Assembly (NCBI GenBank): GCA_049852185.1
Contig: CP187540.1
Length of the DNA: 64,000 nt
DNA from: Methanocaldococcus sp. 28A
GTDB taxonomy: Archaea > AGJL01 > Methanococci > Methanococcales > Methanocaldococcaceae
Reading direction: 5' to 3' (one strand)
The translations under genes and the position numbers were made by a program. Below the pieces are notes generated by a model that saw nothing but the letters and a program-made list of their open reading frames with translations, was not told the origin of the DNA and did no database searches. Shown here piece after piece: positions 25,715 to 35,808 of this stretch. Every line of letters begins with the position of its first letter. Positions within the stretch are counted from its first letter, which is position 1.

Positions 25715-25750
25715 AATAACCGATGAGAGGGCTCTGCCTTCGAGGTTATT
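25715..25750 (+). ncRNA. K-turn hairpin
   Basis: AAUAACC-GAU-GA-GAGGGC-ucu-GCCUUC-GA-GGUUAUU: C-stem, 3-nt bulge, tandem G.A pairs, NC-stem. Confidence 0.6.
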
Positions 25751-25775
25751 ACAAATGTTTATAAATTTCATTTAA

Positions 25776-25862
25776 GGGGTTGTATCCGTTCAGCCCGAAG
25801 TTCAATGAGCCCACAGCAGAGGGAATTGTATTCCCGATGAATCTGTGGGTTAAGGACAGTCC
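25776..25862 (+). ncRNA. GC-rich structured RNA with K-turn upstream of rpl41e
   Basis: GCCCACAG-CA-GA-GGGAAU-ugu-AUUCCC-GAU-GA-AU-CUGUGGGU; TATA box TTTATAAA at 25758-25765. Confidence 0.65.
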
Positions 25863-25916
25863 ATGTTCTTCATGATTTTTATACTTAATCTATAAAAACA
25901 GGGAAACGGTGATACT

Positions 25917-26024
25917 ATAAAGAGGAGTTCAAGAAGATGGAAAAAGAAAGGAAGAATGAGATGGAAATGGTATAAGAAAAGATTAAGAAGGTTAAAGAGA
26001 GAGAGAAAGAGAGCCAGGTCATAA
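25917..26024 (+). CDS. rpl41e: Ribosomal protein eL41 (35-aa form from ATA; internal ATG at 25956)
   Basis: [35 protein letters not shown]; below the ORF-track size cutoff; RBS GGTGAT at 25908-25913. Confidence 0.92.
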   Translation: MKRSSRRWKKKGRMRWKWYKKRLRRLKRERKRARS

Positions 26025-26138
26025 TATTGAGATTTTATTAATGTCTTTTATGTTATTTTTAATTTAATATTAATTCATTATTCTTTTTATTTTTATACAA
26101 AAACTAATTTATAAATTTAAATTAATTACTGTGAGAGT

Positions 26139-26576
26139 ATGAAAGTTGAAGGTTTAACTAAAAAAATTATGGAACATTTAAAAGAGCCAATAACAATTAA
26201 AGAATTAGCAAAAAAACTAAATATCCATCCAAAAAACTTAGATGTTAAAATTAGGGTTTTAAGAGATTTAGGATTAGTAGAGACAAAAAAAGGTAGGAAT
26301 GGTGGAGTTAGATTAACAAAAGAAGGATTATATCTATTAGAAAAGGGAGAAATTACATTAGGAGCATTAAAATTACAGATTGTAGCTAAGGATAGAATTG
26401 GTTTATTGGCTGATATAACTTCAAGAATATCTAGGATTGGTGGGAATATTACTTCAACAGTTCTTGAGAGAGATGGAGAAAATGTAGTTATCTATTTAAT
26501 TGTAGAAAATGTAGATAAGGATGAAATAAAAAAGGCCTTAGAGGATGTTGTTAAAAAAATCTCTATTATTTGGTGA
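26139..26576 (+). CDS. wHTH (Rrf2/MarR-like) plus ACT-domain regulator
   Basis: GLVETKKGRNGGVRLT wing; DRIGLLADIT ACT motif. Confidence 0.85.
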   Translation: MKVEGLTKKIMEHLKEPITIKELAKKLNIHPKNLDVKIRVLRDLGLVETKKGRNGGVRLTKEGLYLLEKGEITLGALKLQIVAKDRIGLLADITSRISRIGGNITSTVLERDGENVVIYLIVENVDKDEIKKALEDVVKKISIIW

Positions 26577-26582
26577 GTTGTT

Positions 26583-27128
26583 ATGATAGAGGTTGAGATT
26601 AAGGTAAAGATTGACGATAAAGATAAAGTGATAGAGCAGTTAAAAAATCTTGGATTTAAATTTATTAAGAAGAAATTTCAAGAGGACATATATTTCAATG
26701 GAATTGATAGAGATTTTATGGAAACTGATGAAGCTTTAAGAATTAGAAATGAAGATGGTAATTTCTTTGTCACTTATAAAGGACCAAAAATAGATAAAAT
26801 ATCAAAAACAAGGGAAGAGATTGAAGTAAAAATAGAAGATAAAGAAAAGATGAGACAGATATTTAAAAAACTTGGATTTAAAGAAGTTCCACCAATTAGA
26901 AAGATTAGAGAGATTTACAAAAAGGGGGATATAGAGGCAAGTATTGATGATGTTGAGGGTTTAGGTTTATTCTTAGAATTAGAAAAGACAATATTCGATA
27001 TTAATGAAAAAGATAGGGTTTTGAATGAACTAATGGATATACTGAAAAGTTTAAATATTAGTAATGACAATATCATTAGAAAATCATACTTAGAACTAAG
27101 GGGGGAGTATGAAAAGCTCAAAAATTAG
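26583..27128 (+). CDS. cyaB: CYTH-domain protein (class IV adenylate cyclase-like)
   Basis: EVEIK, ALRIR, TYKGPK, REEIE, FLELE. Confidence 0.88.
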   Translation: MIEVEIKVKIDDKDKVIEQLKNLGFKFIKKKFQEDIYFNGIDRDFMETDEALRIRNEDGNFFVTYKGPKIDKISKTREEIEVKIEDKEKMRQIFKKLGFKEVPPIRKIREIYKKGDIEASIDDVEGLGLFLELEKTIFDINEKDRVLNELMDILKSLNISNDNIIRKSYLELRGEYEKLKN

Positions 27129-27207
27129 TAAAAGGCAATTATTAGCAATATTTGTAGCTCTAATTATAATATTATCAGTAATCCCTGTATTTTTAATGGG
27201 TATTTAA
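27109..27207 (+). CDS. Small single-pass membrane protein (32 aa)
   Basis: MKSSKISKRQLLAIFVALIIILSVIPVFLMGI; RBS GGGGAG; overlaps the CYTH gene end and abuts the next RBS. Confidence 0.6.
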   Translation: MKSSKISKRQLLAIFVALIIILSVIPVFLMGI

Positions 27208-27218
27208 ATATGAGGTGA

Positions 27219-27419
27219 ATGATGGCTGAAAATAAATATGAAGAGTATGTTACCTTTGGATTAATTGGATTAATTTTAGTAATAATTGGTGCTTTAATAT
27301 CTATCATTAATGAGAAACTTATAGCATTAGTATGGACTTTGATTGGTAGTGGAATTGCGATTATATGGTTAAGTTTTCATAAAGTATCTCATGAAAAACG
27401 TAGAGAAATAGAAAAATAA
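27219..27419 (+). CDS. Small two-helix membrane protein
   Basis: RBS GAGGTGA; two hydrophobic segments. Confidence 0.7.
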   Translation: MMAENKYEEYVTFGLIGLILVIIGALISIINEKLIALVWTLIGSGIAIIWLSFHKVSHEKRREIEK

Positions 27420-27441
27420 TATAATAATAAAATTTATCTAA

Positions 27442-28200
27442 TAGGACTTTCGTATCTACATTTAACTACTTAGATTAACGATAGACCTATTTCTTAACAG
27501 AGAGAATATATCATTGCCAACAGCCATTCGATTTAGTTTTCTTCTAAGTTTATACCCACTAAATATTTTTATCGATTCTAATTTTCTCTAAGAGGTAAAA
27601 AGCTCTCATAGAAAGGGAGGTATGACCTAAAATTGGAAATTTTCTTCTAACGAAGAAATTACCTATATTACAGCACTGTTTAACACCTCTATGGAATTAC
27701 TCGATTCTCCAAGAGGCGTTTTTGACATCTTGGAATTCTTCGAAAGACATAAATAGGTTATTAGTTATATAATATCTTGCCTTTCCGTTTTTGGAAAGGC
27801 AGAAGAGTCTGACATAGCCAACTTTTCGTAGATAAACGATTAATCCATTCTTAGGATTTTCCTTAATGTCTTCGATTGATACCCACTCTCTGTTTTTGGA
27901 GAGTTTTATCTTTCTATTCTTTTTAATTCTGCAGAGGTAGAATAAACCTAAACTATCGATAAGTTTTAAGTTATCTTTACTTGAATACCAACTATCGAAA
28001 CAGATATATCTAATATTTAATCCTTTATCTACTAAAGACTTTATTATCTCCCTACATAAATTATTTTTCGTCTTTCCATCTCTTGGTCTGTCATATACTC
28101 TAAAATCGATTGGAATAATATGTTTTCCATTTGTAATTATACAATCAACGATATGTATACCTTCAATTACTCGTTTATGTAGTCATTTTTAGCATATTCC
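27442..28200 (-). mobile_element. Decayed IS701-family transposase remnant
   Basis: Manual translation HKRVIEGIHIV...PIDFRVYDRPRDGKTKN...ICFDSWYSSKDNLKLI; 3' end carries TACGAAAGTCCTA. Confidence 0.8.
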
Positions 28201-28358
28201 TCCCAAAATAAACTTTTGTTTCGAAAAATTATAACATCTGATAAAAATAGATTATCATGAAATGTCTTATAAAAAAAAGGTATTTAAAGAAGTTTTGAAA
28301 TAAATTTTAATAAATTTTATTATTATTAAGAACTATTTTTTATTTTTTTATTTAAATA

Positions 28359-28565
28359 TTAAATCTTCCCTTCTAAAACAAGCTTTGCAAATGTTTCAAA
28401 ACTTCTATCATATGTTTTTTCTACATCAGGTGGGAAACAGCAAGCAGGTAACTGTCTATTTTTTAAATGATAATGCAAACATTCACAGCACATTCCCTTT
28501 TTAGAGCATGAAGGATAACTGCAATTACACCTATTTAAATTAGTTTCTTTGTTAGGACATTCCAT
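28359..28565 (-). CDS. Small Cys-rich protein (DUF6485-like)
   Basis: [19 protein letters not shown]...LPACCF. Confidence 0.75.
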   Translation of the reverse strand: MECPNKETNLNRCNCSYPSCSKKGMCCECLHYHLKNRQLPACCFPPDVEKTYDRSFETFAKLVLEGKI

Positions 28566-28577
28566 TTTATCACCAAT

Positions 28578-29030
28578 TTAATTTTTTTGATTTTCTTCTA
28601 AGCTTTTTAAGAAATTAGCAATCTTATTAACTAAAATTTCTGCCTCTTCTTCATTTGTAGGGTATTTAACTCTCAATATTGGAATATTTTTTCTTCTTAC
28701 TAAATAGAGTGTCAATTCGTTTGTTCTTTGGCATCCAATGCATCCAAAGGCAATAGGAGCATCTTCCATTATTATTGCTGCTTCAGCCTCTTCAATTAAT
28801 GGACCAATTAAAGCCATTCTTCCTCTAACACCAGAAGGAACTTCTACAGCAGCATATTTTAAACCCTTTTTTGGTTCTTCATCGGTTATGTTCATAGGAG
28901 GGCTGTCTATTTCTGGATTCCTAACTAATTTTCCCATAACTATATTTAGGTTTAATGGCTTATGTCCTAATCTTTCAACTAAATCTGTTAATATTAAACT
29001 ATTTGGGGGATATATGAATATTTTTTTCAT
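28578..29030 (-). CDS. Methanogenesis marker protein 5
   Basis: [38 protein letters not shown]. Confidence 0.9.
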   Translation of the reverse strand: MKKIFIYPPNSLILTDLVERLGHKPLNLNIVMGKLVRNPEIDSPPMNITDEEPKKGLKYAAVEVPSGVRGRMALIGPLIEEAEAAIIMEDAPIAFGCIGCQRTNELTLYLVRRKNIPILRVKYPTNEEEAEILVNKIANFLKSLEENQKN

Positions 29031-29048
29031 TCCATCACCTTAAAAATT

Positions 29049-29444
29049 TTATTTTGGAAAAGCATCTTCAGGAAGGAACTTATATAATTCAGGTCTTCTT
29101 GAAATAGCTATAACATCTTCAAATATTCCTGCTGTTATATCAACTACACCAATAGCACCTACTACTTTATCCCCATCTTTTATAGGAGCTACAATAACTG
29201 GAAGTCCAGCATAAGGTCCTACAATAGGTGTAGCTCTAATAACTTTCCCTTCTTTAATTGCTAATTTTAAAACATAACCTTCATAGTTTGTATCTACAAC
29301 TTCTCCTTTTTCTAATCTGACCCCAGGTTTGTTTTTACTTCTCATAGATACAGGAAGTTTATTAACTAAGATATGGACAGCTTGAGCTATAGGTAATATT
29401 TCTTTTGCTTCAGCATTTTCAGATATATTTATCATTCTTCCCAC
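29049..29444 (-). CDS. DUF2111 family protein
   Basis: LPVSMRS..KPGVRLEKG, GPYAGLPVIVAPI, AIGVVD. Confidence 0.75.
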   Translation of the reverse strand: MGRMINISENAEAKEILPIAQAVHILVNKLPVSMRSKNKPGVRLEKGEVVDTNYEGYVLKLAIKEGKVIRATPIVGPYAGLPVIVAPIKDGDKVVGAIGVVDITAGIFEDVIAISRRPELYKFLPEDAFPK

Positions 29445-29639
29445 CTAAAAATCTTTAAGTAATAGTTCAATAATTTTAATTTTTAAGTTATTCTATATAG
29501 GACTTTCGCACATTAATAAACTTATGTCATAATAACTCTAAATACTATAATACTACTATATACTATATTATTAAGCTTGATTAAGGTCTTAATGTTTAAT
29601 AGCAAAGCATATTTTTAATTTTTTATAGAGGTGGAAAAA

Positions 29640-30542
29640 ATGGAAAAAATTACCTGTGTAGGGCATACAGCTCTTGATTATATTTTCAATGTGGAAAAAT
29701 TTCCAGAACCTAATACTTCAATTCAAATTCCTTCAGCAAGAAAGTATTATGGAGGAGCTGCAGCAAATACAGCAGTAGGAATAAAAAAACTTAGGGTAGA
29801 TACTGAACTTTTATCATGTGTTGGCTATGATTTTAAAAACAGCGGATATGAGAGATATTTAAAGAATTTGGGAATAAATATTTCTAAACTTTATTATTCT
29901 GAAGATGAAGAAACACCAAAAGCATGGATATTTACAGATAAAGATAATAACCAAATTACTTTCTTCTTATGGGGAGCAGCTAAGCACTATAAAGAATTAA
30001 ATCCACCAAACTTCAATACAGAAATTATCCATATAGCTACTGGAGACCCAGAATTCAACCTAAAATGTGCAAAAAAAGCTTATGGGAATAATTTAGTATC
30101 TTTCGACCCTGGGCAGGATTTACCACAATATTCAAAAGAAAATTTATCAGAGATGATTGCGCATACAAACTTTTTGTTTATGAATAGGCATGAATTTGAA
30201 AGAGCCTCAAAGTTATTGAATTTTGAAATTAATGATTACTTAGAGAGAGTTGATGCATTAATAGTAACAAAAGGTTCTAAAGGTAGCGTAATATACACCA
30301 AAGATAAAAAAATAAAGATTCCATGTATTAAAGCCGAAAAAGTTATTGACCCTACAGGTGCTGGAGATAGTTATAGAGCAGGATTTTTATCAGCTTATGT
30401 TAAAGGATATGATTTGGAGAAATGTGGTTTAATTGGAGCTGCAACCGCTTCATTTGTTGTTGAGGCAAATGGTTGTCAAACAAATTTACCAACATGGGAT
30501 AAAGTTGTTGAAAGATTAGAAAAAAATGGATTTAAAATCTGA
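29640..30542 (+). CDS. PfkB-family nucleoside kinase
   Basis: GGAAAN, FDPGQ, DPTGAGDSYRAGF. Confidence 0.92.
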   Translation: MEKITCVGHTALDYIFNVEKFPEPNTSIQIPSARKYYGGAAANTAVGIKKLRVDTELLSCVGYDFKNSGYERYLKNLGINISKLYYSEDEETPKAWIFTDKDNNQITFFLWGAAKHYKELNPPNFNTEIIHIATGDPEFNLKCAKKAYGNNLVSFDPGQDLPQYSKENLSEMIAHTNFLFMNRHEFERASKLLNFEINDYLERVDALIVTKGSKGSVIYTKDKKIKIPCIKAEKVIDPTGAGDSYRAGFLSAYVKGYDLEKCGLIGAATASFVVEANGCQTNLPTWDKVVERLEKNGFKI

Positions 30543-30578
30543 AATTCGTCGTCAAATATTAAAATTATGAGGGATATT

Positions 30579-31499
30579 ATGGATATAGAAGAGAGAATAA
30601 ACAAATTAAAGGAAGAAAAAAATGCAATAATTTTAGCTCACAACTACCAGCCAAAAGAAATACAGAAAATAGCTGATTTTTTAGGGGACTCTTTAGAACT
30701 CTGCATTAAGGCAAAGGAAACAGATGCTGATATAATAGTATTTTGTGGAGTAGATTTTATGGGAGAGTCTGCTAAAATCTTAAATCCTGATAAGAAAGTT
30801 TTAATGCCAGAGATTGAAGGAACTCAATGCCCAATGGCTCATCAGCTAACTGCAGAAATTATAAAAAAATATAGAGAAAAATATTCAGAGGCTCCATTAG
30901 TTGTTTATATAAATACAACAGCTGAAACTAAGGCATTGGCGGATATAACTTGCACATCAGCAAATGCAGATAAAGTTGTTAATTTTTTAGAAGCAGAGAC
31001 AATTTTGTTTGGTCCAGATAACAACTTAGCTTATTATGTGCAGAAAAGAACTGATAAAAAAATTATTCCAATTCCAGAAGGAGGGGGTTGTTATGTGCAT
31101 AAAAAATTCACAATGGAGGATTTAAAGAGAGTTAAAGAGAAATATCCAAATGCTAAAGTTTTAATTCATCCAGAGTGTAGCCCTGAATTGCAAGATAATG
31201 CCGATTATATAGCAAGCACAAGTGGAATATTGAAAATAGTGTTAAATAGTGAGTATGAAGAGTTTATTATTGGAACTGAAGTGGGAATGATTAATAGAAT
31301 AGAATTAGAGCTTGAAAAAATAGGTAAAAAGAAAACTCTCATTCCATTAAGAGAAGATGCTATTTGCCATGAGATGAAAAGAATAACCTTAGAAAAGATA
31401 GAAAAATGTCTCTTAGAAGAGAAGTATGAGGTTAGATTAGACAAAGGTATTATTGAAAAAGCTCGAAAAGCTATTGAAAGAATGTTGGAAATTAAATAA
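30579..31499 (+). CDS. nadA: Quinolinate synthase
   Basis: LAHNYQ, FCGV.FM.E, CPMA, YINT, C.VH, HPEC. Confidence 0.97.
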   Translation: MDIEERINKLKEEKNAIILAHNYQPKEIQKIADFLGDSLELCIKAKETDADIIVFCGVDFMGESAKILNPDKKVLMPEIEGTQCPMAHQLTAEIIKKYREKYSEAPLVVYINTTAETKALADITCTSANADKVVNFLEAETILFGPDNNLAYYVQKRTDKKIIPIPEGGGCYVHKKFTMEDLKRVKEKYPNAKVLIHPECSPELQDNADYIASTSGILKIVLNSEYEEFIIGTEVGMINRIELELEKIGKKKTLIPLREDAICHEMKRITLEKIEKCLLEEKYEVRLDKGIIEKARKAIERMLEIK

Positions 31500-31546
31500 T
31501 ATTGGATTAGATAATAATTAAATAATAAGTATATGGAGAGATATAT

Positions 31547-31912
31547 ATGAGAGTGGAAGAAACTGAAATCTTCAAAAAATATTTTAAAAATTTAACAGAT
31601 AGGGAGAGAGCAGTTTTTGAAGGAGGCATTACCTTAGGAGCTTTATTTCATCAATTTGTTGGAACTCCAGTTAGCAAAGATAATAAAGAATCATTAGAAA
31701 GAGCTATAGAAGAGGCTATGAAAAATCAGCCATGTGTTTATGATATAAAAGTTAAAATTAAAAATGTTGGAGAAAAATATGTTTCTTTGGATGGAAAGAT
31801 GTTAGATGTTGATTTAAAAATAAAAATAAATAAAACTATTGCCCATTTAAAACTTGAATATATTCCAGATATTGATTATCCATTAATGTATGTGAAAAAA
31901 TTTGAGGAATAA
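31547..31912 (+). CDS. mptD: Archaeal dihydroneopterin aldolase
   Basis: ERAVFEGGITLGALFHQFVGTP, DYPLMY. Confidence 0.9.
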   Translation: MRVEETEIFKKYFKNLTDRERAVFEGGITLGALFHQFVGTPVSKDNKESLERAIEEAMKNQPCVYDIKVKIKNVGEKYVSLDGKMLDVDLKIKINKTIAHLKLEYIPDIDYPLMYVKKFEE

Positions 31913-31981
31913 ATATTTATTTTGCTAATTACAGATTTTTGGAATATAATATTAAATATAGAAATTATTTAGGTGAATGGT

Positions 31982-34087
31982 ATGAAAAAGTTTGTTTTTA
32001 TATTATTGATATTTGCTATACTTACCTGTGTTTATCCTTCAAACATTGAATATAAATATACAAGTTCAATTCCAATAGAATTTGTTCCATTATCAAAAGT
32101 TAAAAATGTTGAGACGCTTAAGGAACTTTTGGATGATAATACTCTAACTGTGTTTTGTTTAGATAATAATTCAATTGATAACGATATTTTATACTATTTA
32201 GGAATAAAGAAATACTTGCCATCAAAAATTCCTGATTATGGGAATTATACGTATGTAAATAAAAATGGAATTATTGTAGTGTATCCAAAGTCCAGTGTTT
32301 ATGAGAAAGATGGAGCTTTAATATTTAATCCACCAAAAGAAGAAAATTACAGTGAGTATGAGTTTGTAAAACCATATAAAATAAAAGTTCCAAATCCTTC
32401 AAGAATTCCTGACTATGATGGATATGTATTGATAAGAAATGCTACATTCATCCTATATCCAAAAAAATATATTGTTGTAGGAAAAGATGGAGAAATTTAC
32501 TATAATCCACCAAAAGAACCATCAGAAGAATACTACTACAAATATTCTTATACTTATCCTCCTAAAGTTATTCCAGATTATTATGATTATGTATTTATTG
32601 ATAACAATAGCAATTTTATAATTTATCCAAAAAAATATGTCATAAGAAATGATGATGGAGCTTTAATATTCCATCCACCAGCTGAAGTAAAAGAACTTCC
32701 AATTTATAAGATTAATTATAAGAAAGTAGCAGATGGAGTTTATGAAATTAAGAAAAATAAACTTCTCTTCCTATACCCTACATCATTAGATGATGAAAAA
32801 ACACTCAACATTATTGGAGAGTATATTGCTAAAAATGGAGGAGTTTTTGCATATATAAATAAAGTTCCACCATATTATAAGCATATACTCGTTACGGGAG
32901 TAGCTGTAGATAAAATAATCCCTGATGAGAATGGGGATTATGCTATAGACGTTGCAGGACGAAAAATTAAAGTAGATGTGTTAGATGATAAAATAATAAA
33001 TAAAAAATTAAAATACATAAAAGCTTTAAATGCTTTAGGAATAAATGTAAGTTATATAGTAACTGGTAGTGAAGGAATTGATATTGTTAAAAAATCTGAT
33101 GTGGATGTAAATGAGCTTGAAGATTTATATAATGAGTATTGGTTTAAAAAATGGTGGACAAATTATACACATCTATACTTTAATCCAGAAAAAATGAACG
33201 ATATATATGCTGAGGATATATTGGCTTTAAGTTATTACCCTCTAATATATGTAGATAAAGCTCCTGAGACATTTAGAAATGACCCAATTGGAGGATTTTA
33301 TCCAAAAGTTATAAGCTATAAAGGAACTGCTGAAAATGGTTATTGGGAAGATGGGGCTAAGAGTGAAAATATTTATTATCATTTAGATTATGGAGAACCT
33401 TATTGGGATGGTAAGGCTAAAGAGCCATCAAAATGGTATTATGAGGGAGAACCTGTTTCAACAACAGAAGATAGCGAAATGTGGGATAAATATAAATACT
33501 TTAATCATTGGTTCGTAAAAAACTATGCCTATGCATTGGCAAGAGGATGTGATGGGTTATTTTTAGAAAGCTCAGATAAATACCTAATAGATGCAATTTT
33601 AGGTAATGATAGTGAGGACTTAGATTGGAAGTTAGATATAAAAGGAAAAGTTGATTATTTAGTTATTCCAGGTGAGAAAGGATTTGAAATATACGATGGA
33701 ATTCCGATTATTAGAATTCCAACACCACTAAAAGATGTTTATGGAGTAAATATTGTCGATACTCTTTATATTCCACCTAAAGGTGAGGACTTTGGAGTTT
33801 ATGTTGCAGACATTAGGAATTATAGCATATATAAAATTATCAAACTAAAAGAAAATGGAACTGCTGTAGTTTCATTTAAAGATTTAGCTAAGTGGCTTTA
33901 TAAATACACTAAAAACAATATTTTCTACAACGGAACTACTATAAAGGTAAAAGATAATAATGGAATAAAAATAACTATATTTACTAAAAAGAATTTAAAT
34001 ATTAGCAATTATGATTATGAACTTTATGACAAAGAACACTATAAATATATTATTGCAAACCCTCCAAAAATAATTCCTTTAAATTAA
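31982..34087 (+). CDS. Secreted Tyr/Pro-rich protein with three internal repeats
   Basis: Signal peptide [14 protein letters not shown]; repeats IPDY..Y...N...I.YPK...DG..I..PP. Confidence 0.75.
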   Translation: MKKFVFILLIFAILTCVYPSNIEYKYTSSIPIEFVPLSKVKNVETLKELLDDNTLTVFCLDNNSIDNDILYYLGIKKYLPSKIPDYGNYTYVNKNGIIVVYPKSSVYEKDGALIFNPPKEENYSEYEFVKPYKIKVPNPSRIPDYDGYVLIRNATFILYPKKYIVVGKDGEIYYNPPKEPSEEYYYKYSYTYPPKVIPDYYDYVFIDNNSNFIIYPKKYVIRNDDGALIFHPPAEVKELPIYKINYKKVADGVYEIKKNKLLFLYPTSLDDEKTLNIIGEYIAKNGGVFAYINKVPPYYKHILVTGVAVDKIIPDENGDYAIDVAGRKIKVDVLDDKIINKKLKYIKALNALGINVSYIVTGSEGIDIVKKSDVDVNELEDLYNEYWFKKWWTNYTHLYFNPEKMNDIYAEDILALSYYPLIYVDKAPETFRNDPIGGFYPKVISYKGTAENGYWEDGAKSENIYYHLDYGEPYWDGKAKEPSKWYYEGEPVSTTEDSEMWDKYKYFNHWFVKNYAYALARGCDGLFLESSDKYLIDAILGNDSEDLDWKLDIKGKVDYLVIPGEKGFEIYDGIPIIRIPTPLKDVYGVNIVDTLYIPPKGEDFGVYVADIRNYSIYKIIKLKENGTAVVSFKDLAKWLYKYTKNNIFYNGTTIKVKDNNGIKITIFTKKNLNISNYDYELYDKEHYKYIIANPPKIIPLN

Positions 34088-34108
34088 ATCTTAATTTTGG
34101 TGATAAAA

Positions 34109-34903
34109 ATGAAAATAGGGTTTTATAATATTCAAGGAGGTACTGGAAAAACCACAATTGCCGCAAATTTTGCATATATTCTTAGTCATTCAGTTAAAAC
34201 TATTTTAGTTGATTGCGATATTTATGGAGGAACGTGTGCTTTGATGTTTGGGCTAGAAGGTAGAGAACATAACTTAAATACCTATCTATCTGGAAATTCT
34301 GCTGTAGAGGATATAATTTATAATTATGATGATTTAGCTATTATCCCCACAGGAGTAACTTCTGATGTTTTTGGATATAAAACAGACATTGAAAATTTTG
34401 TAAGATTAATCGAAGTATTGGAAGAAGAATATGACGTTATTGTTTATGATTTCCCACCAAACATATCTGAGGAAAATATCCTTATATCTTATGCAGGATA
34501 TGACCTTGTTAATAAAGTTATAATAGTTGGTGAAGATAGTATTCCATCTATTGTAAATTCATTAAAAACTATTGAACTCTTAAAAGATTTGGGTATTAGC
34601 TTAACTGGAATTATTGTTAATAAATATCAGGGGATTACTGATATTAGCGAGATTATTGATGATATTATTGGAGTTTTACCTTACGACATTAATGTAGAGA
34701 GACAATGGTCTGAAAACTTACCTATTACAAAAATTAAAACAAAATTCACTAAGGAAATGACTAAATTAACCAATGAACTGGCAAGCGTATATTTAGAAAA
34801 AGATTTAGCATCATTAAGAGCTTTAAAATTAGCAAAAACTATTTCAGGTATAACTGAAGAAGAAAAATTGGATAGGGAATTAGAATTTAAAGATTTAGAA
34901 TAG
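34109..34903 (+). CDS. MinD/ParA-family ATPase
   Basis: QGGTGKTT, LVDCD, YDFPP, IIVNK. Confidence 0.88.
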   Translation: MKIGFYNIQGGTGKTTIAANFAYILSHSVKTILVDCDIYGGTCALMFGLEGREHNLNTYLSGNSAVEDIIYNYDDLAIIPTGVTSDVFGYKTDIENFVRLIEVLEEEYDVIVYDFPPNISEENILISYAGYDLVNKVIIVGEDSIPSIVNSLKTIELLKDLGISLTGIIVNKYQGITDISEIIDDIIGVLPYDINVERQWSENLPITKIKTKFTKEMTKLTNELASVYLEKDLASLRALKLAKTISGITEEEKLDRELEFKDLE

Positions 34904-34953
34904 GACTATCAGAGAATTAATTTTTATTTAAAAGCATAAGTGTGGAAGTCCTA
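34901..34953. repeat. Degenerate family-A palindromic repeat
   Basis: TAGGACTATC...GTGGAAGTCCTA. Confidence 0.65.
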
Positions 34954-34978
34954 TTAGGATTGAAATGAAGTGATATGG

Positions 34979-35797
34979 ATGTTAACAAAGAGAATAATTC
35001 CATGCTTGGATATTAAAGATGGGAGAGTTGTTAAAGGAACAAAGTTCTTGAATTTAAGAGATGCGGGAGACCCTGTTGAGTTGGCACAGTTGTATGATAA
35101 TGAAGGGGCTGATGAGCTTGTATTTTTGGATATAACAGCTTCAGCTGAAAAAAGGGATATAATTATTGATGTTGTGAAAAGAACAGCTGAGAAAGTTTTT
35201 ATTCCATTAACTGTAGGTGGTGGAATTAAATCAATTGAAGATTTTAGAAAGATACTGAGGGCCGGAGCTGATAAAGTTTCAATAAATACTGCAGCTGTAA
35301 AATATCCTAATTTAATTAAAGAGGCGAGTGAAATATTTGGTTCTCAATGTGTTGTTGTTGCTATTGATGCTAAAAGGCATTATGTTAATGAGGATGAGAT
35401 AGATGATATAGATAAAAATGTTGTTAAAGTAGAGGATGGTTATTGCTGGTTTGAAGTTTATATTTATGGAGGAAAAAAAGAAACTGGTATAGATGCCATA
35501 GAATGGGCTAAAAAAGTAGAAGAATTGGGAGCTGGAGAAATTTTATTAACAAGTATTGATAAAGATGGAACAAAAAGTGGTTATGATTTAATATTAACAA
35601 GAGAGATTTCTAAGAATGTTAAACTTCCTGTTATTGCCTCTGGCGGAGCTGGAAAACCAGAGCATGTTTATGAAGCTTTTGTTTATGGAAAAGCAGATGC
35701 TGCATTAATGGCAGGAATATTGCATTATAGAAAATACACAATAGAAGAGATAAAAAGATATTGTGCAGATAGGGGAATACCTATGAGATTTTTATAA
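34979..35797 (+). CDS. hisF: Imidazole glycerol phosphate synthase subunit HisF
   Basis: [39 protein letters not shown]. Confidence 0.97.
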   Translation: MLTKRIIPCLDIKDGRVVKGTKFLNLRDAGDPVELAQLYDNEGADELVFLDITASAEKRDIIIDVVKRTAEKVFIPLTVGGGIKSIEDFRKILRAGADKVSINTAAVKYPNLIKEASEIFGSQCVVVAIDAKRHYVNEDEIDDIDKNVVKVEDGYCWFEVYIYGGKKETGIDAIEWAKKVEELGAGEILLTSIDKDGTKSGYDLILTREISKNVKLPVIASGGAGKPEHVYEAFVYGKADAALMAGILHYRKYTIEEIKRYCADRGIPMRFL

Positions 35798-35808
35798 AAA
35801 CAAAAAAA

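Noticed and set aside
25776-25862. H/ACA pseudouridylation guide interpretation
   Set aside because: The ACA lies only 5 nt after the upper stem, not about 14-16 nt, and no clear lower stem or pocket is present
29540-29572. ATACT/TACTA short tandem pattern
   Set aside because: Low-complexity AT-rich intergenic sequence with no regular unit
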